In this document: piece by piece, positions 7,240 to 14,386 of the stretch
Numbering within the stretch: the stretch's first letter is position 1
Layout: each line of letters opens with the position of its first letter
IMG/VR virus record: IMGVR_UViG_3300020043_003830
Coordinates: 1-24,845 of that record
Origin: a virus
Lineage: Duplodnaviria > Caudoviricetes
Strand: one strand, 5' to 3'
DNA: 24,845 nucleotides
Notes under the pieces: generated by a model
Told to the model about the DNA's origin: nothing
What the model saw: the letters and a program-made list of their open reading frames with translations, nothing else
The model's database searches: none
Made by a program: the position numbers and the translations under genes

Positions 7240-7471
7240 TTTCTTCGTTTATATGTTTGGTTGGGGTAAATGTGCTGAATACTTCTTCGCGTGAAAGACC
7301 AGTGTGTAAACAAATGTTATTGAAGTCTTTGATTCTCATTCGTTCGGGGTGCGTAACGTAAAGTCTTGCTGTTGGATCGCTTATTCGAAGAACGTTCTTA
7401 AAATTGTTCATTGTCTTGAAATTCATCTTGACAAGGCGACCGAATGGTGTCTTGTATATTTCTTTATTCAT
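7232..7471 (-). CDS. Cro/XRE-like HTH protein
   Basis: 79 aa with an HTH-like segment FKNVLRISDPTARLYVTHPE. Confidence 0.55.
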   Translation of the reverse strand: MNKEIYKTPFGRLVKMNFKTMNNFKNVLRISDPTARLYVTHPERMRIKDFNNICLHTGLSREEVFSTFTPTKHINEEND

Positions 7472-7848
7472 AAGTTAAAAAGAGATTTTACCACGCGTTG
7501 AATGAAGTTCAATTTAGGTTGTTTAACCTTTTGCGCTGTTGGTTGTTTTGGTTTAGGTTGGTTGAAAAGAGTTGGTTGCTTTAGTAGTTTTGTAGTGCCT
7601 AAATTCTTTAATTCGTTGTACTCGTTTTTCTTTTTAGTAAAAAGCAAATATCTTTCCATATGAATACGCTCAACTGCTTTATAAGTACCATCGTTTTCTT
7701 TCCAATACAAACCTGCTTGATGTAATGGATTAATATATCCGTCGCAACTATTCATTAAGCGCAATGCTTTTGATGGTGTGTTTCCTTCGTTTACTAATTT
7801 GCAAAATTCTTTTACTCTTTCGATGTTAAATTCTTTTCTTTTTTTCAT
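7468..7848 (-). CDS. hypothetical protein
   Basis: 126-aa basic ORF with an A-rich leader; contains QPTLF. Confidence 0.65.
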   Translation of the reverse strand: MKKRKEFNIERVKEFCKLVNEGNTPSKALRLMNSCDGYINPLHQAGLYWKENDGTYKAVERIHMERYLLFTKKKNEYNELKNLGTTKLLKQPTLFNQPKPKQPTAQKVKQPKLNFIQRVVKSLFNL

Positions 7849-7875
7849 TGTGTTTGTTTTTGATTATATGGTTTT

Positions 7876-7905
7876 AAAATAGAAAGGGTATGTTTCAACC
7901 CTTTC
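7876..7905 (-). terminator. intrinsic terminator candidate
   Basis: 8-bp stem GAAAGGGT/ACCCTTTC (7882-7905) just after the stop at 7911, followed on the minus strand by TATTTT. Confidence 0.6.
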
Positions 7906-7910
7906 GTGAT

Positions 7911-8570
7911 TTAGAAGGGAAGGTCATCTTCGTCTTCTTGCGTTGGTTGAACTAACCCGCTTTTTTCGAGCATTGCTTTTGCCTTGTTCATTTGATCCGC
8001 AGCGCGCTCCAAACGGTCGCTAAATTGTTGAGATGAACTTACTTTGTTCTGCAACCATTCAGGCAACATCTTAAAACGCAAGTCGAAGTCAGGTGAATCG
8101 TAGTCTAACAAGAACGCGCTGTTCACCTGTGGCGGACAAACCATACCCTTCGCAAGTGGCGACGCTCCTTTCAAGTCTGCGTAGGTACGCCCTGTGTTCG
8201 CTGTGCGGTGCATTACGCTCACCATTGCTTCCTTACCTAACAAAGTACCGATATCGAATTTGTTCGCTTCTGCGTCCGACATTGCCTTACCTAACCACGA
8301 TTGAACGAAGGCTCTTAGTCCGCTTTTCTCGTGCATCGACAAAGTAAAGTCGCGACCGATTGAGAATGGTTGTTCACCTTTGCCAAAGTCAGCTGTTTCA
8401 AGTGGTAGCTCAAACACTAAGCGAACCTTGTTTACAAGCTTTTCTTCACCTTGATAAGTGTCGACGATTGTACCAATGTGGATAATTTGGTAGCAGCGTG
8501 CTACGTGCGTTCCTGCGGGTACTGTTTGACCTCCGCTGTTGTTGTTGTTGTTTTGGGCAATGATGCTCAT
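7911..8570 (-). CDS. phage ssDNA-binding/recombination-associated protein (NGO0469/DUF669-like OB fold) with acidic SSB-type tail
   Basis: VPAGTHVARCYQIIHIGT, SMHEKSGLRAFVQSW, FDIGTLLGK, and C-terminal EDEDDLPF. Probable start ATG 8570; the frame stays open up to ATG 8711. Confidence 0.75.
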   Translation of the reverse strand: MSIIAQNNNNNSGGQTVPAGTHVARCYQIIHIGTIVDTYQGEEKLVNKVRLVFELPLETADFGKGEQPFSIGRDFTLSMHEKSGLRAFVQSWLGKAMSDAEANKFDIGTLLGKEAMVSVMHRTANTGRTYADLKGASPLAKGMVCPPQVNSAFLLDYDSPDFDLRFKMLPEWLQNKVSSSQQFSDRLERAADQMNKAKAMLEKSGLVQPTQEDEDDLPF

Positions 8571-8597
8571 GTTGTTGTTGTTTATTTTGTTGTTATT
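8538..8597. repeat. (AAC)n low-complexity microsatellite tracts
   Basis: GTT runs on the + strand flanking ATG 8570; encode poly-Asn on the minus strand. Confidence 0.6.
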
Positions 8598-8712
8598 AAA
8601 TGAATTTAGATATTGTTCGAACTTTACAGCCAGTTCTTCGTCCGCTTGTATGTGACGCGTTTGGCTTTCGTGCAAGTGCGATTGTTCGTTTACGCGCTTG
8701 AAGTAACCCATT

Positions 8713-9054
8713 TTAATTAGAACCTGTGTAAGTTAAAATTCCGTCTGTTTCGTGGTGTTCACACATAAGGTTGTATTCTATTTTATCTTGCTCAATCATT
8801 ACTTTGAAAACAGCTCCATCTTCGCCAAGAACGGTAAGATAAACTTTTGAAAGATAACCATTCCAGAAACCACTTTCTTCAATTGCCTTTTGATAGTCTT
8901 CAAAGAATTCATTGTCGTAAAACTTCCGTTCTCTTTTTGAGCCTATCGTTAGACCGTGACCGAATAGAAGGTGGTCTTCATATTTTTCTTTGAACCACAC
9001 AGGCAATTCTTGCGCTGGGTTGTAGTTCGAGCAAAGTGTGCATCTGTAACCCAT
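8713..9054 (-). CDS. hypothetical protein
   Basis: 113-aa ORF coupled (TAATG) to the upstream gene. Confidence 0.7.
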   Translation of the reverse strand: MGYRCTLCSNYNPAQELPVWFKEKYEDHLLFGHGLTIGSKRERKFYDNEFFEDYQKAIEESGFWNGYLSKVYLTVLGEDGAVFKVMIEQDKIEYNLMCEHHETDGILTYTGSN

Positions 9055-9344
9055 TACAATTGTTCGTCGAATAAACGTGTTTCAAAATGTAGCGTTATTC
9101 CGTCGGCTATTAACATAACGTACTCGAGGTCATACTCGCCTTCGCTACGTCGGAAGAATTGACCTCTGACACATAGCGTGAAAGACTTTTCGTTTTGGTC
9201 GATGAACTTGATGTTGTCGCTTTCTGATGTGTTGAACCAACCGCCTTCGGTTTCTTCGTAGTTGGTTGCTATTAACTTGATTTGTTCGTTGAGTTCTTTC
9301 AAGTCGGATCCTGAAAAACAGTAAGTGATTTTTGGACAGTACAT
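9054..9344 (-). CDS. hypothetical protein
   Basis: Start ATG 9344 (MYCPK) downstream of the promoter at 9368-9397. Confidence 0.7.
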   Translation of the reverse strand: MYCPKITYCFSGSDLKELNEQIKLIATNYEETEGGWFNTSESDNIKFIDQNEKSFTLCVRGQFFRRSEGEYDLEYVMLIADGITLHFETRLFDEQL

Positions 9345-9367
9345 AGTGATTTGATTTTTAGTTGTTG

Positions 9368-9397
9368 CAAATATATTCAATTAGTTGGTCGTTCCAA
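9368..9397 (-). promoter_or_regulatory. Bacteroidota sigma-A promoter (TTG-N19-TATATTTG)
   Basis: Exact -7 box TATATTTG at 9375-9368 and TTG at 9397-9395. Confidence 0.7.
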
Positions 9398-9493
9398 CGC
9401 GCTTCTGAAAGTTTTTGACATTTCTCGATGTTCGCGCTTATCTCGTTGTGCGTTAGGTTGTAAGCGTTAGCGCAAGACGAAACACAAACAAAG

Positions 9494-9724
9494 TTAGATT
9501 TCTTTTGGTGGGGTTGGTAGTTCTTTCCAAGACGAAGTAGTAACCTTGAGGAATACTCGTTCAAGTTCTGCAATTCGTTGGTCGCACAATTGATTCCGAG
9601 AAGGCGAATCAGTCCTTTGATTACCGTAGTAATTTTGTGCGGTAATGATTCCGTCAATAAGAATTTGTACTTCTTCTTCAAAGAGAAAAATTGATTTGTA
9701 AAAATTGGCTCTTTCATTGTTCAT
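9494..9724 (-). CDS. hypothetical protein
   Basis: 76-aa ORF with A-rich leader; ends PPKEI*. Confidence 0.65.
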   Translation of the reverse strand: MNNERANFYKSIFLFEEEVQILIDGIITAQNYYGNQRTDSPSRNQLCDQRIAELERVFLKVTTSSWKELPTPPKEI

Positions 9725-9738
9725 TTGATTTGTGGTTT

Positions 9739-9909
9739 TTAGATTTCTTTTGATTCAATTATTTCTTCGCGGGGTGTCGCTGACTTGATTCGGTCGTATG
9801 CGTTCTTTGCATCTTGGTATTCGTTGTAACTCATGTGAAACTCACCGTTGACCTTAATGACGTAGTACATATCTGTCAACGTCGTCTTTTGAATTAGTTC
9901 TACTTTCAT
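9739..9909 (-). CDS. 56-aa hypothetical protein (not in ORF track)
   Basis: MKVELIQKTTLTDMYYVIKVNGEFHMSYNEYQDAKNAYDRIKSATPREEIIESKEI*; ATGA-coupled to the upstream ORF. Confidence 0.7.
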   Translation of the reverse strand: MKVELIQKTTLTDMYYVIKVNGEFHMSYNEYQDAKNAYDRIKSATPREEIIESKEI

Positions 9910-10019
9910 TTCGTTGTGTGATTTGGTTGTGATTCTAATTGTCTTGTTTGTTCGTCAATCGTTCCTGCGATTAACATTCCTGCGAATAGCATCGCGATAA
10001 AGAGTAGTGTTTTTTTCAT
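9906..10019 (-). CDS. 37-aa membrane/signal peptide (not in ORF track)
   Basis: MKKTLLFIAMLFAGMLIAGTIDEQTRQLESQPNHTTK* with A-rich leader. Confidence 0.65.
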   Translation of the reverse strand: MKKTLLFIAMLFAGMLIAGTIDEQTRQLESQPNHTTK

Positions 10020-10050
10020 TTGATTATTTGGGTTTATTTGTTTTGATTTA

Positions 10051-10317
10051 TTACCAGCCACTTGTTCCTACCCAACTTTCGTTTTGATATTTGCGCCATT
10101 GGTATAATGGATCACCTTGTTCGTCTAATTCGAATTGGTGTATCCATACGCTGTACACATTGTTATTCTTCAACAACTTCTCGCCTAACTTCTTGGCTTG
10201 TGTTAAAGTGTTACAGTTCTGACTGATGATTGTGTCGCCACTTTCAATCTGTGAACCTACTTGAATCTTCTCGGCTGCTTCAACCTTAAAGATGAATCTT
10301 GTTTTCGTTGTGTTCAT
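10051..10317 (-). CDS. hypothetical early protein
   Basis: First gene after the leftward promoter; ATG 10317 (MNTTKTRF). Confidence 0.7.
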   Translation of the reverse strand: MNTTKTRFIFKVEAAEKIQVGSQIESGDTIISQNCNTLTQAKKLGEKLLKNNNVYSVWIHQFELDEQGDPLYQWRKYQNESWVGTSGW

Positions 10318-10352
10318 TTTGTTTATCTTTGTTATTGTTCTCAATTGTTTTA

Positions 10353-10383
10353 CAAATATATGCTAAACTTTTGACATACGCAA
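10353..10383 (-). promoter_or_regulatory. main leftward Bacteroidota sigma-A promoter (TTG-N20-TATATTTG)
   Basis: TATATTTG at 10360-10353 and TTG at 10383-10381, in the divergent intergenic region. Confidence 0.75.
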
Positions 10384-10410
10384 GAAAAAAATGAATTATT
10401 TTTCATAAAA

Positions 10411-10833
10411 ATGCCTAACTTATTGAAAATGAACGTAAAAACTTTTAAGAAAACGTACAAAAAAAGTAGTTCGAAGCGTAAAATAGCACCCGAATCTGAA
10501 TCGAATCAACAAGAAATTGTTGTGAAGTATCTGAAATTAGCATATCCTGAAGCTCTTTATTGCGCTTCCGCAGGTGGTATGCGAACGAGTTATTTACAAG
10601 CAATCAAGATGAAACGTACAGGTTACGTCAAAGGCTTTCCCGACCTATTCATTTACGAGCCACGCGGAGAATATCACGGTCTTGCTATTGAGATGAAGAA
10701 AGAAAAAGGGGGTGTTGCATCACCAGAGCAAAAGCGTTGGCAAGAGCAATTGAGAAACAGGGGGTATTGTTCTTATATTTGTAAGGGTAAGGATGAAGCT
10801 ATTAAGATTATAGACGAATACTTTAATGAGTGA
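10411..10833 (+). CDS. VRR-NUC domain nuclease (PD-(D/E)XK; Holliday junction resolvase-like)
   Basis: SESNQQ, GYVKGFPDLFI, AIEMKKEKGG, SPEQKRWQ..L...GY. Start may be 10411 or 10429. Confidence 0.88.
   Translation: MPNLLKMNVKTFKKTYKKSSSKRKIAPESESNQQEIVVKYLKLAYPEALYCASAGGMRTSYLQAIKMKRTGYVKGFPDLFIYEPRGEYHGLAIEMKKEKGGVASPEQKRWQEQLRNRGYCSYICKGKDEAIKIIDEYFNE
10750..10781 (+). promoter_or_regulatory. possible internal promoter for the sigma-like gene
   Basis: TTG (10750-52)-N21-TATATTTG (10774-81), 48 nt before GTG 10830. May be coincidental within coding sequence. Confidence 0.35.
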
Positions 10834-11330
10834 CACTTGAAACGTATATAGAAGGACATTACAAAAAGTTCAAAGAACTTGCGAAGAACATTTCGCGGGG
10901 TGAGGATTACTACGAGGATCTTCTTCATGATTCTTTGCTTTCTATGTTTGGTTCAAAACACATTGAGAATCTAATCGATACAGGCGACTTTGAGTTCTAT
11001 CTTATTCGTGTAATGTATCTTGCCGTCAATAGTCCAACGTCGCCTTTCTATCGTCAAACGATAGCCTGGAATCGCAACCGTCGCGACTTCAAAGAATACG
11101 CGCACGAAGTAGACAAGACGTGGTTAGGCGCGCGCATGACAAACGAGCAACTGGATATTCTTATAAGTAGATTGAGCGAATTTGAGCGTCTAATTTTTCA
11201 GGAGTACATTCTCGAGGATTTCACTTACCGTGAACTATCAAAACAAACAGGCATACCAATGCCATTCCTTTACCGAACTATTGATTCAATTAAAACTAAA
11301 ATTAGAGCAAATGTTATTCGCAAAAAGTAA
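10830..11330 (+). CDS. RNA polymerase sigma-70/ECF-like factor
   Basis: Region-2-like YEDLLHDSLL and region-4 HTH LSEFERLIF...FTYRELSKQTGIP...YRTIDSIKTKIR. Confidence 0.75.
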   Translation: MTLETYIEGHYKKFKELAKNISRGEDYYEDLLHDSLLSMFGSKHIENLIDTGDFEFYLIRVMYLAVNSPTSPFYRQTIAWNRNRRDFKEYAHEVDKTWLGARMTNEQLDILISRLSEFERLIFQEYILEDFTYRELSKQTGIPMPFLYRTIDSIKTKIRANVIRKK

Positions 11331-11745
11331 TGAGTACAAACGCAGGTTAGAAATTTGTCGCACCTGTAAATTCTTTGAAGCATCAACTCAAAGCTGCGGC
11401 CCATTGATCGTTGGTGAAGAAGTTGAAACCGAAGTATTGTTCCGTCGTAAGTCAATCAAACTTTGTGGGTGCGTTATGCCTATAAAAGCAAAGTTAGCGT
11501 TCGCATCTTGTCCAGCGTCAAAATGGAACGGTGTTCTTTCAATGGACGAACAAATAGAGTTCAAACGTTTTCTTCTCGATATGAAAGCGCAGGGACGTCT
11601 TGAACAAAAAGATATGTTAAAGTTTTATTCGTTCAAAGACAAGGCTACAGGAGCGTTCAACGAGCGTTCAACGTGTCCGCCTTGCGTCAAGAAAGACATC
11701 AATACGTTTTTAGAATCAATGAAGGATGTTGAAATAGGTGAATAA
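11311..11745 (+). CDS. cysteine-rich putative zinc-binding phage protein
   Basis: RLEICRTC...CG...CGCVMPIKAKLAFASCPASKW and C-terminal TCPPC; start ATG 11311. Confidence 0.75.
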   Translation: MLFAKSNEYKRRLEICRTCKFFEASTQSCGPLIVGEEVETEVLFRRKSIKLCGCVMPIKAKLAFASCPASKWNGVLSMDEQIEFKRFLLDMKAQGRLEQKDMLKFYSFKDKATGAFNERSTCPPCVKKDINTFLESMKDVEIGE

Positions 11746-11766
11746 CTTTTAAGGCAACTTTTGGAA

Positions 11767-11787
11767 GTAACAACGTATATTTGTTAC
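11767..11787 (+). promoter_or_regulatory. -7 promoter box TATATTTG embedded in a 7-bp inverted repeat
   Basis: GTAACAA-cgtatat-TTGTTAC with TATATTTG at 11776-11783. No TTG at canonical -33 spacing. Confidence 0.55.
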
Positions 11788-11805
11788 AGCCAAGCAACGC
11801 GAAAC

Positions 11806-11857
11806 TACCCCCTTTTATTTTTGCTTGGCGGCTGAAATAATTGGGGGTATATTTTTT
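11806..11857 (+). terminator. terminator-like hairpin with a competing upstream stem
   Basis: TACCCCC (11806-12) pairs with GGGGGTA (11843-49), inner TTATTT/AAATAA, followed by TATTTTTT. Confidence 0.55.
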
Positions 11858-11859
11858 AT

Positions 11860-12150
11860 CGTCGGGAGTATTGAACGGCAGGGTAAAAGATGAATAAGGG
11901 CAACTGTGGGATTGTGTTATTAGCCCAATGGTATGACAAAGGAATAAGCCATACGACACACGGAGAGGCAATTCTTCGAAAGATAGATTCCAGACTCAAG
12001 GACATTGCTGTTCACTTGAGGACACGACAGCGAGAGACTCATTCGACGGAGTAATTATCGCAAAAGTGAGAGTCCAACACATTAAGAAATTAGTGTGAAG
12101 GATACTTCTATCTCTCACTTAGCTCCAGATCTAATCTCGGGAGTAATTAT
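11860..12150 (+). ncRNA. candidate structured non-coding RNA of unknown family
   Basis: No credible ORF; at least six consecutive stems including a 9-bp stem enclosing a GAAA-capped hairpin. Confidence 0.5.
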
Positions 12151-12186
12151 TATAGTTAGTGTTTTTTGAATTTTAAGAATAACAAG

Positions 12187-12405
12187 ATGTTTAAAGTAGA
12201 TTACATAGATTTCGTTATTAGTCAATATGGACACAATGCTTTTATGTTAAAATCAAAGGACGAAAGAAAGTTGAAAAACAAGATTGTGTACAAAGTGGAA
12301 TATCAAAACCTTTCCAACGAAGAAACAATTGAATTTTACACCTTCGATAAAAACAAGATTGTAACAGGTGGCACAATTGACACTTTAAACGCAAACTACA
12401 AATGA
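12187..12405 (+). CDS. hypothetical protein
   Basis: ATG 12187 (MFKVDY); ATGA-coupled to the next gene. Confidence 0.6.
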   Translation: MFKVDYIDFVISQYGHNAFMLKSKDERKLKNKIVYKVEYQNLSNEETIEFYTFDKNKIVTGGTIDTLNANYK

Positions 12406-12755
12406 TAATCATACCCGCTCAACTCGAAGCAGTAACAACACGAAAGGACAAGACTTTAAAACTAACGTTTGGAACGAATGAACTTTCACCTGCGCAAGCG
12501 TCTGAACTATTTACAATAGCAAATCAATTCGGTTATCTTGCCTTTAAAGACGAAGATTTCAAACGCGAAGAATTAGACGCAGTAGAAAGTTTAAAGAGTG
12601 AACTTGAAGATACGTTAAAGAAGCCTTCACAACGTCTTAGAGGTGTTTTATTCAGACTATTCGAACAAGACAACGACGGGTTCAAGACATTCTCGAAATA
12701 CTACGACTCGAAAATGGAACAACTTATTAACCACTACAAAGGAAAATTAGGGTAG
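12402..12755 (+). CDS. conserved phage hypothetical protein
   Basis: TRKDKTLKLTFGTNEL...KPSQRLRGVLF...F..YY..KMEQLI pattern, common in Bacteroidota phages. Confidence 0.75.
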   Translation: MIIIPAQLEAVTTRKDKTLKLTFGTNELSPAQASELFTIANQFGYLAFKDEDFKREELDAVESLKSELEDTLKKPSQRLRGVLFRLFEQDNDGFKTFSKYYDSKMEQLINHYKGKLG

Positions 12756-12803
12756 TTGTTACCTTCGAAAAGTAAACGAGGGTAGTTTTTATATTTATAA
12801 ATT

Positions 12804-13217
12804 ATGAGCAAGGAAGAAAACAAACCACAAAACGCAACACTAAAAAAGACTGCTATGCTAAAGGCTCTCGAAAGCACTTTAGGTGTGGTGACTTCTGCGT
12901 GTGAGATTGTAGGCATAGACAGAACAACACACTATCGTTGGTTGCAAGAAGACGAAGACTACAAAGCAAAGGTTGAATCGTTATCTGACCTTGCTGTTGA
13001 CTTTGCAGAAAGTCAGTTGTTTGAATTGATTAAAGGAGCGCACCGCGAGGTGTCAACACCAGACGGTGAAGTAATTCGTATTCAAGACGCACCCAACACA
13101 AGCGCAACAATTTTCTATTTGAAGACACGCGGAAAGAAAAGAGGGTACGTTGAGCGAAGTGAAATTGCAGGTGTGAACGACGCTCCAATTCAAATAATCA
13201 TAAACGACAAACTGTGA
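12804..13217 (+). CDS. terS: terminase small subunit
   Basis: HTH GVVTSACEIVGIDRTTHYRW, DFAESQLF, ATIFYLKTRGKKRGYVER, and C-terminal beta tail PIQIII. Confidence 0.8.
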   Translation: MSKEENKPQNATLKKTAMLKALESTLGVVTSACEIVGIDRTTHYRWLQEDEDYKAKVESLSDLAVDFAESQLFELIKGAHREVSTPDGEVIRIQDAPNTSATIFYLKTRGKKRGYVERSEIAGVNDAPIQIIINDKL

Positions 13218-13459
13218 GCAAAGCAACTTTAACCTTCAACCTTAACGACTCAGACGATCGTGTTGAGTTTAACCGCGCGACAAAGGCGTTAGATATGTCG
13301 ATGATGCTTTGGGAGTTACAGATGAATGGTTACCGCAAATTCACGAAGTACAACGAGCGACAGGAAGGCGCGTATCAGGAAGGCATCGAAGAAGTGTTTG
13401 AATACATTCGCGAACTAATGAAAGAACATCAAATAGACGTTGAACAATTAATAGTATAA
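13214..13459 (+). CDS. conserved phage hypothetical protein
   Basis: KATLTFNL..D..EF.RA.KA.D pattern; GTGA overlap with terS. Confidence 0.7.
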   Translation: MSKATLTFNLNDSDDRVEFNRATKALDMSMMLWELQMNGYRKFTKYNERQEGAYQEGIEEVFEYIRELMKEHQIDVEQLIV

Positions 13460-13461
13460 TT

Positions 13462-13605
13462 ATGCCCATACCAACACCAACCTCAACAGAACCGAAAGAC
13501 GAATTTCTCGTTCGTTGCATGTCAGACGACAAGATGACTTCCGAATATCCAGAAGCAAACCAACGTTACGCTGTTTGCATTAACACATACAAGGAAAACA
13601 AATGA
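13462..13605 (+). CDS. 47-aa conserved phage protein (MPIP.P...E..DEF..RCM...QR.AVC; not in ORF track)
   Basis: MPIPTPTSTEPKDEFLVRCMSDDKMTSEYPEANQRYAVCINTYKENK*. Confidence 0.8.
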   Translation: MPIPTPTSTEPKDEFLVRCMSDDKMTSEYPEANQRYAVCINTYKENK

Positions 13606-13757
13606 GCGACAACAAATTAAACTTTTTAAAGTCTCAAATTTCCGCCTTTCACCCTGAATGGACGAAGGAACAAATAGAAATGGAAGCAATAAGAATATAC
13701 AATGAAGCGAACACTATCGACGACGACGACGAAGGGTGTTTGTATTGTGGTTCATAA
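13602..13757 (+). CDS. 51-aa protein ending DDDDEGCLYCGS (not in ORF track)
   Basis: MSDNKLNFLKSQISAFHPEWTKEQIEMEAIRIYNEANTIDDDDEGCLYCGS*; ATGA-coupled to the upstream ORF. Confidence 0.75.
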   Translation: MSDNKLNFLKSQISAFHPEWTKEQIEMEAIRIYNEANTIDDDDEGCLYCGS

Positions 13758-13801
13758 TCAACAAACAAACCTTTATTGTAGATATTAAACAACAAAAAGA
13801 A

Positions 13802-14386
13802 ATGAGTATAAGAGTTTCCATACCTGCGGACTACGCGAGCATATCGTTGAAGCAATATAAAGAATTTAAGACGGCAAAGAGCGACGTCGATAAGTTGGTA
13901 GCTATTTCCAACCTGTCAAAAGAGGACGTACAAAAAATACCTATTCAACACGTCCCTACCTTACTGGCTGCGTTCAATGACACGCTGTTAAACGAAAGCG
14001 CAAAATTCTTTGAAACCATAGCGATTAAGAACAAAGACTTCGGTTTCATTCCTAACCTTTACGAAATATCTTTGGGTGAATACGCGGACATCTCAACGTG
14101 GGCTGCTAACGTTGAAGAAAACATTGTAAAGATAATGAGCGTATTGTATCGCCCTATCACAAAGCGCGTAGGATCTAAGTATATTATTGAAGAATACAAT
14201 TCGACTTCGCGCGCAATGAGTGAAGAGCTTGTTGAACAAATGACACTTGAACAATTCAACGGTGCGATGCTTTTTTTTTCGACTTTACTCAAAGAACTAA
14301 GCAACACTTCGCTCGACTTTTTGGAGAACGAGATACAGAAATTGACGGGGGAATTGACGGAGCAATTGAAGACCGAGACAACTTAA
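13802..14386 (+). CDS. tail assembly chaperone (gpG-like)
   Basis: ISLKQY, FGFIPNL..ISLGEYAD, IMSVLYRP, GAMLFF with a T9 slippery run; start ATG 13802. Confidence 0.75.
   Translation: MSIRVSIPADYASISLKQYKEFKTAKSDVDKLVAISNLSKEDVQKIPIQHVPTLLAAFNDTLLNESAKFFETIAIKNKDFGFIPNLYEISLGEYADISTWAANVEENIVKIMSVLYRPITKRVGSKYIIEEYNSTSRAMSEELVEQMTLEQFNGAMLFFSTLLKELSNTSLDFLENEIQKLTGELTEQLKTETT

Noticed and set aside
9358-9717. 119-aa minus-strand ORF overlapping 9494..9724
   Set aside because: It overlaps a better ORF in another frame and runs through the promoter (its YIC codons are the TATATTTG box). Probably a shadow, although a real overlap cannot be fully excluded.
10371-10400. Perfect TTGACA suggesting an E. 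coli-type promoter
   Set aside because: No TATAAT-like -10 at 16-18 nt; the other promoters follow the Bacteroidota consensus.
11699-11971. 90-aa minus-strand ORF across the non-coding region
   Set aside because: Antisense to the operon, no recognisable motifs or leader; better explained by RNA structure.
12749-12787. AGGGTAGTT direct repeat with a weak hairpin upstream of terS (possible pac/operator)
   Set aside because: Too short and weak to support a call.
13736-13801. Upstream GTG start for the chaperone given by the ORF track
   Set aside because: Overlaps the 13602..13757 gene and crosses an A-rich leader; ATG 13802 is more plausible.
14340-14370. Short tandem AATTGACGG repeat
   Set aside because: Only two and a half copies within dual-coding sequence (IDGGIDGAIED); no spacer structure, not CRISPR.
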